Assembly: GCA_964534375.1 (NCBI GenBank)
Contig: CAZHPN010000061.1
Span: 1 to 26,842 of the forward strand
From: an uncultured bacterium
GTDB lineage: Bacteria > Lernaellota > Lernaellaia > Lernaellales > Lernaellaceae
DNA length: 26,842 nucleotides
Direction of reading: 5' to 3'
Position numbers and translations under genes: made by a program. Position 1 is the first letter of the stretch; every line of letters begins with the position of its first letter. Positions 1-8,751 of the stretch are shown piece after piece. A model generated the notes under the pieces. It did not search any database. It was given only the letters and a program-made list of their open reading frames with translations, and was not told the DNA's origin.

Positions 1-41
1 CCTTTTTTTCGACGCCTGTCCGCCTGCCAATGCGGCGCCTG

Positions 42-104
42 CCTGCCCCTCCCCGTGTCGGGGAGGGGCGGGAAATTTCGGCGAAAGCCGAAATTTCCGG
101 GGAG
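42..104. repeat. Double-hairpin palindromic repeat, copy 1
   Basis: CCTGCCCCTCCCCG-tgt-CGGGGAGGGGCGGG hairpin followed by the perfect hairpin GGAAATTTCGGC-gaaa-GCCGAAATTTCC. Positions 51-104 recur at 179-232. Confidence 0.85.
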
Positions 105-178
105 AGGTCTGCGCGACCAACAAAGAGCGCAATTCTGCGCCATTTGAAGCATCGCGGCGTTTAATCCTAAAGCCTATG

Positions 179-232
179 CCCCGTGTCGGGGAGGGGCAGG
201 AAATTTCGGCGGAAGCCGAAATTTCCGGGGAG
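179..232. repeat. Double-hairpin palindromic repeat, copy 2 (left arm truncated)
   Basis: 54-bp direct repeat of 51-104 with 2 mismatches. Confidence 0.85.
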
Positions 233-418
233 TTTCCCCGCTCCGCACCGCGGGCTCCGGACGCCTCCGCCCGGTCGCTCCGGTCGAAATGACGACGCGG
301 AGCCGCCTAAGGGGGCGGAAGACACAACAGGGGCGAACCCTGCGTCACGCGCGCGCCGTGCACGCCGAGGCGGCTGGCGGCCGCGGCGAAAATAGTTCGG
401 CCGGTTCGGGGCTGACGG

Positions 419-715
419 CTACTGCCTCCACTGAGGAAGGGCCCAGTAGGTATTGAAAACGATCTCTTCCGGCTCGGCATCCGGGTTCGCCGGATCGACC
501 TTCAGCATTTCCCATGTTGTGACGGCGAGAACATTATCCCAGGTCGAGCGGAGCCTGAACGACCCGTGAGCGGTTGTGAACACTCCCTTTCCTTGAATCT
601 GTTCAAGCAACCAGTTCATTTCCGTCGCATTTTTTTCGAATATCGCCCGGTGTTCCTTCGATCCCTGTTTTTGTCTTTTCACGCGAGTCACATTGCGTTC
701 GCTCTTGTTGGTCAT
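419..715 (-). CDS. Hypothetical protein (98 aa)
   Basis: ORF with protein-like composition, unlike the Arg/Pro-rich shadow ORFs. AAGGAG lies upstream of the ATG. Same orientation as upstream genes. No recognisable family. Confidence 0.7.
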   Translation of the reverse strand: MTNKSERNVTRVKRQKQGSKEHRAIFEKNATEMNWLLEQIQGKGVFTTAHGSFRLRSTWDNVLAVTTWEMLKVDPANPDAEPEEIVFNTYWALPQWRQ

Positions 716-835
716 TTCCCGTCATTCTCCTTTTCGGCAAAGTCTGCCCGGTGCGGCACAGAACTGGTTTTTCAGCCCGAAGCGTCACGCGGAGTACAGA
801 GAGCGCGTCGGCCCGAATGCAAGCGCGATCGCGGG

Positions 836-1876
836 TCAGGGCGTCAACTCGACGTGCGCGACCTCGACGCCTTTGCCGTCCGGCGCCGCGGCCGGCGTGA
901 CGACGCCGACGCCGCTCTTCTGGAGCGCGGCCGTCAAGGCGGACAAGGCCTCGCAGGAATCGCCGCCGCCGTCGATCGTCAGGTTTTCATCCTGCAGATC
1001 CAGGACCAGGGAACGCCCGCCGTCGCGGACCGTCACCCGGATCGCCGCCGAAAGAAAATCCGTATCGTCCGTGTGCCCGCCGGTGGTCGTCGACTGTTGC
1101 GCACGTTTCAAGACTCCGGACGCCTGGACCGCCGTTTCCGCACGCTCTTCCTGGCCCGCGACGGAGAGTTTGATCACGTTCGCGACTTGTTTGTCGTCGG
1201 CGCCGGCGCTGTAGTCTTTCAGCATGGCTTTGACGTCCGCGCCCTGCCGCGCCGCCGTTCGCATGAAGAGCGCGATGACGAGCGCCTTGAGCTTCGCGGA
1301 ACACGACCGTTGCGGCCCCGCGGCGAAATGAACGGCATCCGCCTCCGCCGCGGCGGCGATGTTGCGCTTCCCGCCCGCGGGCGCGCTCGGCGAACCGTGC
1401 GGCGCGCTGAGCAGCAGATACAGTTGGGAGTTGGCATTTTCCCAGGTGGCGACGGGGGCCGCGCGGAGCGGGAGCGACGTGATCTGCTTGGCCATCGAGA
1501 TCGTGTACGGTTCCGTGTACGGTTCCGCGGCGGCGCCGGCCTTGGGCTGATTTTTTTCGTTTTCCGTCCTGACCAGCACCTCCACGGTCCGCGCCGCTTC
1601 CGCGTAGGCGTCGGCGTACGCGGCGAGCAGCTTGGCGGCGGCCCCGCGCTGCGTCGGACTGCTGATGCCGACGCTGCAAATGCACTGGTCGTCGATCAGG
1701 TCGCGGGCTTGCGAGCAAGCGCCGGTGGCCCACAGGGGCGCGTTCTGGAGTTCGTTTTTGGCAGGATCCCCCGCGGCAAGCGGCTTGGCGGCGGACTGCG
1801 CGAAGCCCAGTTGATCGGACGCGGCGAACAACAGCGCCGCCAGGGAAACCAACGCGAGAATACGGATTGTTTTCAT
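836..1876 (-). CDS. Secreted hypothetical protein (346 aa), possibly with an LPP20-like N-terminal domain
   Basis: Sec signal peptide MKTIRILALVSLAALLFAASDQLGFAQ; purine-rich RBS (GGAGAAGGGAAG); APLW...ICSVGISS resembles LPP20-type domain starts (weak inference). Confidence 0.8.
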   Translation of the reverse strand: MKTIRILALVSLAALLFAASDQLGFAQSAAKPLAAGDPAKNELQNAPLWATGACSQARDLIDDQCICSVGISSPTQRGAAAKLLAAYADAYAEAARTVEVLVRTENEKNQPKAGAAAEPYTEPYTISMAKQITSLPLRAAPVATWENANSQLYLLLSAPHGSPSAPAGGKRNIAAAAEADAVHFAAGPQRSCSAKLKALVIALFMRTAARQGADVKAMLKDYSAGADDKQVANVIKLSVAGQEERAETAVQASGVLKRAQQSTTTGGHTDDTDFLSAAIRVTVRDGGRSLVLDLQDENLTIDGGGDSCEALSALTAALQKSGVGVVTPAAAPDGKGVEVAHVELTP

Positions 1877-1955
1877 CGTGGCATACTTCCCTTCTCCGAC
1901 GAATCAGGTCGGCCAAATTCAATGTTGGCGAAATCAAAGGCGATGTTTGCGCACA

Positions 1956-1984
1956 AGATTACACAGGGGGCGACGGGCGGTCAA
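1956..1984 (-). promoter_or_regulatory. Putative sigma70 promoter for the 836..1876 gene
   Basis: TTGACC-17 nt-TAATCT on the minus strand, about 80 bp upstream of the ATG. Confidence 0.45.
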
Positions 1985-2235
1985 GAAGCGATGGGGCGGG
2001 TGGGACTTACGGACCCATAGGACTCGCTGGGCCAGTACGCACCGCCCGGACTGGGGCCGCCCGCGTTTGAACACCCACTACACGAATTATCTCGGCAGCT
2101 GTTCCACCTCAAACATGAGTCCGTCGCCCCGCACGCACCGCCGCTTTGCGTGGCCCGACAGCCTCGAACTATGCTCCGAAGCTCTCTTATCGTCGGCAAT
2201 CGCCAATCGCGATAGCCACCCACATTCAGGGCCAG
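1981..2235 (-). pseudogene. Internal fragment of a Cys-rich DUF1566 (Lcl C-terminal-like) gene
   Basis: [24 protein letters not shown]...[13 protein letters not shown] aligns with 20012..20587. It lacks the N-terminus and the C-terminal WSSS...RCVR segment. Confidence 0.85.
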
Positions 2236-2414
2236 TTTTTCTGATATTTGTCGATGCCGACCACGAGCGCGACGCTCTTGCCGCACCAGCCGGCCGGCGC
2301 GCCGGCGGGCCCGGCGGGGCCGATGCCCTTCTTGCTGCTCTGGGCGAAGGTCACCGTTGCCGCGACGGCGATCGTCGCGGCGTAAAACAACAAAATCAGC
2401 GTCAGTCGTTTCAT
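2226..2414 (-). pseudogene. Truncated N-terminus of a secreted caspase-family paralog (62 aa)
   Basis: Signal peptide followed by [23 protein letters not shown], matching PPGWYAKSIALVVGIDQYSQGWP of the adjacent caspase. Both genes have GACGACATG at the start. It stops before the catalytic dyad. Confidence 0.85.
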
Positions 2415-2427
2415 GTCGTCGCCCCGT

Positions 2428-4641
2428 TTAGCGGACTCGCGTGATGCTCGCGCTCCCGAGCGGCAGACCGATGCCCACGTCGGCGCCGATGCGACGCACG
2501 TCGGTTGCGTCATCGGACAGCCCGGCAAAAAAGAAGAAGTCGCCGATCGAACTCGAAGCGAAATAATAGTAGAACCGCGGTCGGATGAACGCGCCGAATC
2601 GATTGGCAGTTTCCACTTTCTTATTTTTGTCGGCGATCAAAGGGCGTTTCAGATAGAGGGTGACGTCCACCGCCGACGCCAGCAGGTCTGCCGAGAAGCC
2701 AAAATCGGACCACCGGCCGATGTAGCCAAAGGAAACGCCGAAGATCCACGAGAGGCCGCTCCGATCGTTGCGGGCAAAGGCGTTGGTCAGCGCGCCATAA
2801 TCGACAACGCCGGTCAACCCGAACAGCGCCCAGTGATAACGGACGAGCAGGTCGAGTCCGCCGCCGGCAAAACCCCGGAAAGCCTCATTTTCATTGAACG
2901 AAAAATCGGAATTGGGAAAAGAATGACAGTTGACGTTGCCGGGCGCAAAGCCGTTGCCATATGCCGTCAACGCGATCGGCGTTTCGACGCTCGTCGGCCG
3001 TGACGCCGTCGTGGCCGGCGCGGCCGGCGCGGGCGGCGCGGGCGGCGCGGGCGGCGCCGGCGGCGGCGTCACTTCCGCAGCGACGACGGCATCTTGACGT
3101 TCTTTTACTTCGACGGTTCCCGTCCAGTTCCCGTTCTTTGTTTTGACGTCGACGCGATGCCGCCCTATCAAGACCGTGAAGGTGTCGGGGATCTTGCCGA
3201 TAAGCGTTCCGTCCACCGCCGCTTCGCCGGCCAAAGCGTTGCCTTGGGCATCGCGGGCGGAAACGCGCAACCCGCCCACGCGCGGCGGCAATTTGACCGA
3301 CACGGTCTTCGTTTCGCCGGCGGCGATCCGAAATCGCTCGCCTTGGTCATAGTAGCGCGGATCGGTCACGAGCACCTCGTGCGCGCCGGGATCCAGCATC
3401 CTGCGGTCGATCGGCGTCGGGCCGGCGTCCTGTCGGTCAACGACCACCGTCAATCCGGACGGTTCGCTATGGACGTTCAGCCAGCCAAAATTCGGCTTCA
3501 AGGTCCAGGAAATCGAGCTCTCCCCCGGGCCGACATAAATTTCTTCCTCGCGCTTTTGGTAATGCAATTTGTGGAACGCCACACGCCTCCGGCCCAACGG
3601 CGCCTCTTGCTGGCAAGGCGTGGCATTGCAGACAAATCGCTCATCGACGATCACCACGGCGCCCGGCGGATCGCTGTTGAAATGGACAATGGCCGTTGCC
3701 TGGCGGGCCGGAATATAATCCGGAGGGTTTTCTCCGAAATGTTCAGTGACCGGCGGCGGGCGCCCGGTCTCGTCAGGCCACGTCGCCTGGGCGCTGACGC
3801 GAAAAACCATTTCACCTTCGCCGTCCCACCGTTGGTACACGGGATTTTGCCGGCTCTCACTGCTATCGGCGACATGCTGCTGGACATAAAGGGCCAACTC
3901 GCTGAACGTCACGAACCCGTCATGATTGGCATCGGCCTCGCCGGTCAACCCGCGGACCAGGACGCTCGTAAACAGGCCGTCCGACGCCAATTCGTTGCTG
4001 CCTCCGGCCGTCAAAACCAACTTGGCGCTGTTCTTCAACGCGGCGACGACGCTCGCGGACTGCGTCAGGCCGCGTTTCGCCAGCAAACCGCCGAAACACG
4101 CGTCGGCAATCAGCAGCACGTGCTTTGCCGCATATTTGTCCAACAGAATATCGCGAATCTCTTTCATGGATATATAGCTCGACCACGCGTCGCGCCCGCC
4201 GGGCCGGCGGCCGTTGACGGGCACGAGGTAGCCGACCTGGCCGCCCGGCGCGTGTTCGGTTTGGCCGTGGCCGGAGAAGTAAAACAGGAAGCGGTCGCCC
4301 TGGCCGAGCTGCGGCGGGATCACATCCTCCAACTGGCGCATGATCTCGTCGCGGGTCGCCTGCCGATCGAGCAGCTTGATGACCTGGAAACCCTGGCCGC
4401 GCAGGGCGGCCTCGATTTGGTTGGCGTCGCTCGCCGCGGCGGAAAGCGGCGGCCAGCCTTGCGAGTATTGGTCGATGCCGACCACCAAGGCGATGCTCTT
4501 GGCGTACCAGCCGGGCGGGTCGCCGGTCGCGGCGCCGGCCGGCGCAACGCCGCGTTCCTGCGCGAGGCCGGGGTGATCGGACGCGGCGAGCCACAGCGCC
4601 GCGAGAGCGAAAACGGCCAGGGCGCGGATCGTCTTGCTCAT
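2428..4641 (-). CDS. Secreted caspase-family (peptidase C14) protein with PEGA domains and a C-terminal beta-barrel-like region (737 aa)
   Basis: Signal peptide; ALVVGID first strand; FYFSGHG (catalytic His); IADACFGG (catalytic Cys); DANHDGFVTFSEL; PEGA starts SDPPGAVVIVD and SEPSGLTVVVD; Pro/Ala linker; amphipathic aromatic beta-strands at the C-terminus. Start reassigned to ATG 4641 at the signal peptide. Confidence 0.92.
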   Translation of the reverse strand: MSKTIRALAVFALAALWLAASDHPGLAQERGVAPAGAATGDPPGWYAKSIALVVGIDQYSQGWPPLSAAASDANQIEAALRGQGFQVIKLLDRQATRDEIMRQLEDVIPPQLGQGDRFLFYFSGHGQTEHAPGGQVGYLVPVNGRRPGGRDAWSSYISMKEIRDILLDKYAAKHVLLIADACFGGLLAKRGLTQSASVVAALKNSAKLVLTAGGSNELASDGLFTSVLVRGLTGEADANHDGFVTFSELALYVQQHVADSSESRQNPVYQRWDGEGEMVFRVSAQATWPDETGRPPPVTEHFGENPPDYIPARQATAIVHFNSDPPGAVVIVDERFVCNATPCQQEAPLGRRRVAFHKLHYQKREEEIYVGPGESSISWTLKPNFGWLNVHSEPSGLTVVVDRQDAGPTPIDRRMLDPGAHEVLVTDPRYYDQGERFRIAAGETKTVSVKLPPRVGGLRVSARDAQGNALAGEAAVDGTLIGKIPDTFTVLIGRHRVDVKTKNGNWTGTVEVKERQDAVVAAEVTPPPAPPAPPAPPAPAAPATTASRPTSVETPIALTAYGNGFAPGNVNCHSFPNSDFSFNENEAFRGFAGGGLDLLVRYHWALFGLTGVVDYGALTNAFARNDRSGLSWIFGVSFGYIGRWSDFGFSADLLASAVDVTLYLKRPLIADKNKKVETANRFGAFIRPRFYYYFASSSIGDFFFFAGLSDDATDVRRIGADVGIGLPLGSASITRVR
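3025..3057. repeat. 9-bp tandem repeat (CGGCGCGGG, about 3.7 copies) encoding a PPA linker
   Basis: Directly visible; encodes APPAPPAPPAP between the PEGA domains and the barrel-like region. Confidence 0.85.
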
Positions 4642-4668
4642 GTCGTCTCTCGGTTGCGGATGATGGGC

Positions 4669-4698
4669 AAGATAACCTGCGGGCCGGCCCGGCGTCAA
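4669..4698 (-). promoter_or_regulatory. Putative sigma70 promoter for the caspase gene
   Basis: TTGACG-18 nt-TATCTT on the minus strand, located between a terminator and ATG 4641. Confidence 0.55.
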
Positions 4699-4701
4699 CG
4701 G

Positions 4702-4724
4702 AAAAGCCGCCGCCGGCGACGGCT
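4702..4724 (-). terminator. Intrinsic terminator after the EAL-like gene
   Basis: AGCCGTCG-ccgg-CGGCGGCT-TTT just after the stop at 4732. Confidence 0.65.
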
Positions 4725-4731
4725 GTGAAAA

Positions 4732-7700
4732 TCAATAGCCCTGTTTCAAGATGATCGCCGGGACCGGCATTTGCGCGACCCGTCTTGGCATTTGGCGCAA
4801 CGCGGTTTCGAACGCCTGAATGTGCCGCGCGCGTTTCCCCTCGTCGCGAAAGAAGCCAGTGGCGCCTTCGAAAACCAGGGCGAACTTTTCGCGGTTGTCT
4901 TCGCGAATGTCGCAGGCCACGCAGGTCAGTTCCTGGAGATTGGCGAACGACAGGGCCCAGTGCGGGGGCGGCGGCTCGTGCGCCGGCAAGCCCTCGGCAG
5001 CTTCGCGCTCGTTGCGGTAAAGCAATTTGGCGATGGCCGTGCCGTCGACCTTAATGAAGATCCTCGCGAAGCGCCGGTTGTCCGCTTCCGCGACGAGGTC
5101 GTGCAGTCGGGGCAAATCGGCGCCGGGTCCGAGAGAATCATCCAACCCGATTCCGGCTTTGCCGCCGCTTGCCGCCGTCTCCAGCGCGGCCCAGAAACGC
5201 CGCCACGCCGGCGAGACGCCTTCGCCCGCCCTTTTTTTCGGCACTCGCCCCTCTTTGATCTCAATGACCGGCAGCGCTTTCTTGCCGCGGATCGCGCGGC
5301 ATAAACGGCGGGCGCACCTGACAAACTCCTCGCGGTATTCGGTGAAAAATCGCGCCAGGCGCTGGCGCTCGGCCGGGTCGGTCGTCTCGTCGACCAGGCT
5401 TTCGTCGAGCAGAAAGCCGTTGATATTGAACGAAACGTAGCGACCGTTCGGTCTCCACCCGCGGGCCGAGACGGTCAGCCAGGCGGCTTTCAAGCAATTC
5501 AACTCGAGCTGCATCGCCCGGGCAATCAAGAGATTCCGGTGGAGATACAGTTCCGGCGGTTGCTCGACGCGGCGTTTCACGATCAACTTGTGGGCGAGGT
5601 CATAACGAATCGCGCCTGCCGCCGGATCGCCGGAACTGAGCGCTTGCACCGGCACGCCCCTTTTGCCGCCGTCGCCCGCCGCGAAAAATTCCGCCAGCAA
5701 CTCGCAACCCGCCGGCGTCGGCCGGTCCTTTCCGGGTTCGATCTGTTCGAAGTTCGATTCGCGGCACGCGAGATAAAACGACAACTCCGGATGCGCCTGC
5801 CGGTGCATTTCGGTTTCCGCCGCGGCGTAACGCTGCAAATCGGCGAACCCGGCTTCCGCGGCCTGGCTTTTCCATTTTGCGCGGACGTACTTGAAAATAG
5901 CGTCATGCACGCGCTCGGCCCGCACGCGGTCCGTCAAACGCGCGGCCTGAATCGATAAGATAGGACAAAGAATGATCCCATACATTCGCCGGAGTTGCTT
6001 CGCGCTCACGGCCGCCGGACGTCGCCCGCCGCGACCGCCGCCGGGCGCCGGCTGAAAATCGCGGCCGATCAGGTCTTCGATATCCAACGCGAGGTCGACC
6101 GCGAGCGACCACGCCATCGACAATACGGCGCCGACCGCCTCCTCGTGTTTCGGCGCTCCGGTCTCGCCGCGGCGGACGTAAAGCCCGTCTTCGGAGTTCG
6201 CCGGATCCTGATCGCTGAACTCAAACCGCAGGAAATCCAGGCCGGCCGTAAACGTTTGCTGCAGATTCAACGCGAGCTTCGTCAACTTGATTTTGCGTGT
6301 TTGCTTGGCGAATTCGGGGAATTCACGCGCCACATCGTCCGCGGCTCCAAGATACGCACGCGTCCAATCTTCCTCCGCGCCGGCGCGGCGCAGCGCCATG
6401 ACGCGTTGCAGAAAGCGGCCGGCGACGAACTTCGCCACGATCGACGGATCGATGCGTTGGGCGGGATCGAGAATCAGCGACGCCAGCCGCCGCAACGGAG
6501 GCCGGCCGCCACGGTCGGGATGATGTCTCAAGTAGGACAGGCTGACGCACGCGCCCAACGACTCGCCGAGATTCTCCCAGATATCGTCGATGATCTTCAC
6601 GGGCGTTTGCGGAAATTTGTGAAGCTGGTGCGCCTTCGCCAGCGGCCGTTGCAGCGGCAGCAACAGCGCGCGGCAAGCGGCTTCCACGATTTCGTACAAC
6701 GCGTAGACGAGATATTTCCGGTCGTCGGTTTTGTTGCGATGGCCGTGCCCGTCGTCCTCCGGGTGCAAGGCGCCGTAGGTGATCGCCGCTTCCAGAATCG
6801 TTTCGTTTTTCGTCATGGCGACCGGCACCGCGTAACCTTGCCGTTCGCCGGGAATGAAGCGCAGGCGCAGTTCTGGCGGTTTGCCGCCGCGCATCAGGGG
6901 CTGCACGGCTTGGAATATCGCTGCGCCGACTTGGCGAACTTTGGCCACCCGCAGACTGGCGTCTCGGCCGGCAATGCGTTCGGGCAACCACAGGGGGTTG
7001 ACGGCCGGCCCGGCGTAGCCGGACGAGTCTTTCTTCCGGTCGCCGCGTTCGGGCGGTTGGGTGACGGCGAAGGCGCGAGTCTTGATGAAAAAATTGGTTT
7101 TTTGCAGAACTTCGAAGACGGCTTTCATGTAGGTCCGCGGGCGAACCTCGAAGACCTTGCTGCTGACCAGATCGACCCAGCCGTGAGTCGCGCGCAGAAC
7201 GTCCGCTTCGATGCCGAACGTTCTTTCCAAGAGTTTCTTGGCATCGGCCTTTTTCCCCGTTTCCACCCGAGCCAGAAAATGGATTTTTTCCTGGGTTTTC
7301 TCGGTCGCCTCATCCGCGCAAATCAGGCGGTCGTTTGCGCAGAAGGTCACAAATGGCGCGGCGAAAACCCGACAGCCGCAAGCTTCGAGCGGATGGATTA
7401 CGGCGTCGAACTGGGCGCTGAAGACACCGGGGAAGAACGCCGCCCCGGCGTAGTACCCATCGGTCCGGCAGATCAATCCCTGGCGATTGCCGCAAGCCGT
7501 GCGCCCCTTCTCGAAGGTCTTGGCGTTGGCGGCGCGGTCGACGGCCAGGTCGCCGCGTCCCCAGAAAACCAGCACCCCCGGTTCGCTGGTTCGGCGTTGT
7601 TCCCCGATGAATGCTCGCAAGGATTTCGCGGTCCAGCCGTCGGCAGGCTGAAGCAGACAGTGGTGCAACTGAAAAACGCTTTCCGGGGCCGGTTCGACAA

Positions 7701-7899
7701 AACCGGGCGAGACGCCCTGCGCCGTCAAAAAATCGCGGTGCCAACGATCCGATTCTTCGTCAAAAGAGCCGATCACGGCATCGACCGAACCGATGGCCGC
7801 GCCGACCAGCAGCATGGGGGGGAACGGATTTCCTTCGACAAAATCCATAAATTTCTTGAATTCTTTCGGTCCGACGGCCAACACCGACAACAAGCCCAT
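4732..7899 (-). CDS. 1055-aa protein: AsnC/Lrp ligand-binding-like N-terminal units, helical middle region, divergent C-terminal EAL domain
   Basis: EAL motifs in canonical order: GCELL, VSFNING, VIEIKE, IGLDD, IKVDG, LVFEG, terminal QGY. FLARVETGKK...ATHGWVDLV resembles an AsnC/RAM domain. GGAAGGGA RBS. Confidence 0.8.
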   Translation of the reverse strand: MGLLSVLAVGPKEFKKFMDFVEGNPFPPMLLVGAAIGSVDAVIGSFDEESDRWHRDFLTAQGVSPGFVEPAPESVFQLHHCLLQPADGWTAKSLRAFIGEQRRTSEPGVLVFWGRGDLAVDRAANAKTFEKGRTACGNRQGLICRTDGYYAGAAFFPGVFSAQFDAVIHPLEACGCRVFAAPFVTFCANDRLICADEATEKTQEKIHFLARVETGKKADAKKLLERTFGIEADVLRATHGWVDLVSSKVFEVRPRTYMKAVFEVLQKTNFFIKTRAFAVTQPPERGDRKKDSSGYAGPAVNPLWLPERIAGRDASLRVAKVRQVGAAIFQAVQPLMRGGKPPELRLRFIPGERQGYAVPVAMTKNETILEAAITYGALHPEDDGHGHRNKTDDRKYLVYALYEIVEAACRALLLPLQRPLAKAHQLHKFPQTPVKIIDDIWENLGESLGACVSLSYLRHHPDRGGRPPLRRLASLILDPAQRIDPSIVAKFVAGRFLQRVMALRRAGAEEDWTRAYLGAADDVAREFPEFAKQTRKIKLTKLALNLQQTFTAGLDFLRFEFSDQDPANSEDGLYVRRGETGAPKHEEAVGAVLSMAWSLAVDLALDIEDLIGRDFQPAPGGGRGGRRPAAVSAKQLRRMYGIILCPILSIQAARLTDRVRAERVHDAIFKYVRAKWKSQAAEAGFADLQRYAAAETEMHRQAHPELSFYLACRESNFEQIEPGKDRPTPAGCELLAEFFAAGDGGKRGVPVQALSSGDPAAGAIRYDLAHKLIVKRRVEQPPELYLHRNLLIARAMQLELNCLKAAWLTVSARGWRPNGRYVSFNINGFLLDESLVDETTDPAERQRLARFFTEYREEFVRCARRLCRAIRGKKALPVIEIKEGRVPKKRAGEGVSPAWRRFWAALETAASGGKAGIGLDDSLGPGADLPRLHDLVAEADNRRFARIFIKVDGTAIAKLLYRNEREAAEGLPAHEPPPPHWALSFANLQELTCVACDIREDNREKFALVFEGATGFFRDEGKRARHIQAFETALRQMPRRVAQMPVPAIILKQGY

Positions 7900-7986
7900 G
7901 CGTGTTCATCCCTTCCCGCCGGAACCGCTGCGGCTCGCCGGCGCGAACGACTAGCGCGCCCCCGATAAGACTAAATTGACCGTCGC

Positions 7987-7998
7987 TGCAACGTTGCA
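7987..7998. promoter_or_regulatory. Perfect palindrome TGCAACGTTGCA, candidate operator
   Basis: Lies 88 bp upstream of the EAL-like gene. Its 10-bp core recurs at 9661-9670. Confidence 0.4.
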
Positions 7999-8020
7999 CT
8001 AGCGGGGGCAGTCGAATGGT

Positions 8021-8254
8021 TTATTGTATTTCTTCAATCTCGCCGACAGGGTCGGAAGCCGTTGAGTCGAAATCAAAATGGCCTTTTAGGCCTTTGTCGA
8101 AGCCTTTGATTCGTCGCGAATACCGCGCGGTGCGGGCATCGATCTGGAGTTGCTCTTCATCGGTCCGATTCGGTGTGACGCCGCAGGCCCGGTCCAACCA
8201 CCGAAACGAAACAGCCGTGGTTCGCACGCGAGCCTTTTGTGCTTTCGCTCCCAC
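8021..8254 (-). CDS. Small hypothetical protein (77 aa)
   Basis: GTG start preceded by GGAAAGGA; mixed composition with an acidic tail; same strand as the downstream EAL-like gene. Confidence 0.5.
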   Translation of the reverse strand: MGAKAQKARVRTTAVSFRWLDRACGVTPNRTDEEQLQIDARTARYSRRIKGFDKGLKGHFDFDSTASDPVGEIEEIQ

Positions 8255-8257
8255 GTG

Positions 8258-8623
8258 TCATCCTTTCCGCGCCGCAACGCGCGCCAAATTGGGTTTCGCA
8301 ATTCCGTTCGACGTCCGTGCAACCCGTCTCCGTCGCCGCGCTTTGCTGTCGAGCGGCAAGCTGCGGACGCGGGCCTTGGCCCTGTTCCCGACTGCCGCTT
8401 CGTTCCGACGGCGATTCTTTTGGTTGCGAAGCCCGCCCGTGCAAAGTTGTTCATTCGCGGACGCCACGTTAATCGGTTCGATCGGTCTTCGTCGTTCGGC
8501 ATCGCCTCGCGTCGCGGTCGTTTTCTCGACGCTCACCGAACCGCGGGCAGACGTCCGCGGTTTGACGCGCGCACGATGCTTGCGCCGTTGCTCGGTCTCG
8601 TTTCGGCGCCCCACGTTCCGCAT
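8258..8623 (-). CDS. Possible highly basic hypothetical protein (121 aa)
   Basis: ATG 8623 has a weak GGTGA upstream, and its stop overlaps the RBS of the next ORF. The Arg-rich composition could equally be non-coding GC-rich sequence. Confidence 0.25.
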   Translation of the reverse strand: MRNVGRRNETEQRRKHRARVKPRTSARGSVSVEKTTATRGDAERRRPIEPINVASANEQLCTGGLRNQKNRRRNEAAVGNRAKARVRSLPLDSKARRRRRVARTSNGIAKPNLARVAARKG

Positions 8624-8702
8624 TTTCACCGCCCAGTATCCGCCGGCTCCGCCCGCGCGATCGACGCGATGAACACCATCGCCACGATCGGCGCCGACGT
8701 TT

Positions 8703-8751
8703 AAAAAACAACAGCGGCGCCATCGCACCCCCCCAAGGGCACGATGCCACC
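8703..8751 (-). terminator. Terminator/attenuator-like hairpin
   Basis: Minus strand GGTGGCATCGTGCCC-ttgggg-GGGTGCGATGGCGCC followed by GCTGTTGTTTTTT. Confidence 0.55.

Noticed and set aside
51..232. Repeat-spacer-repeat as a mini CRISPR array
   Set aside because: Only two units; the 54-bp repeat and 74-bp spacer are outside typical sizes; no cas genes in the window.
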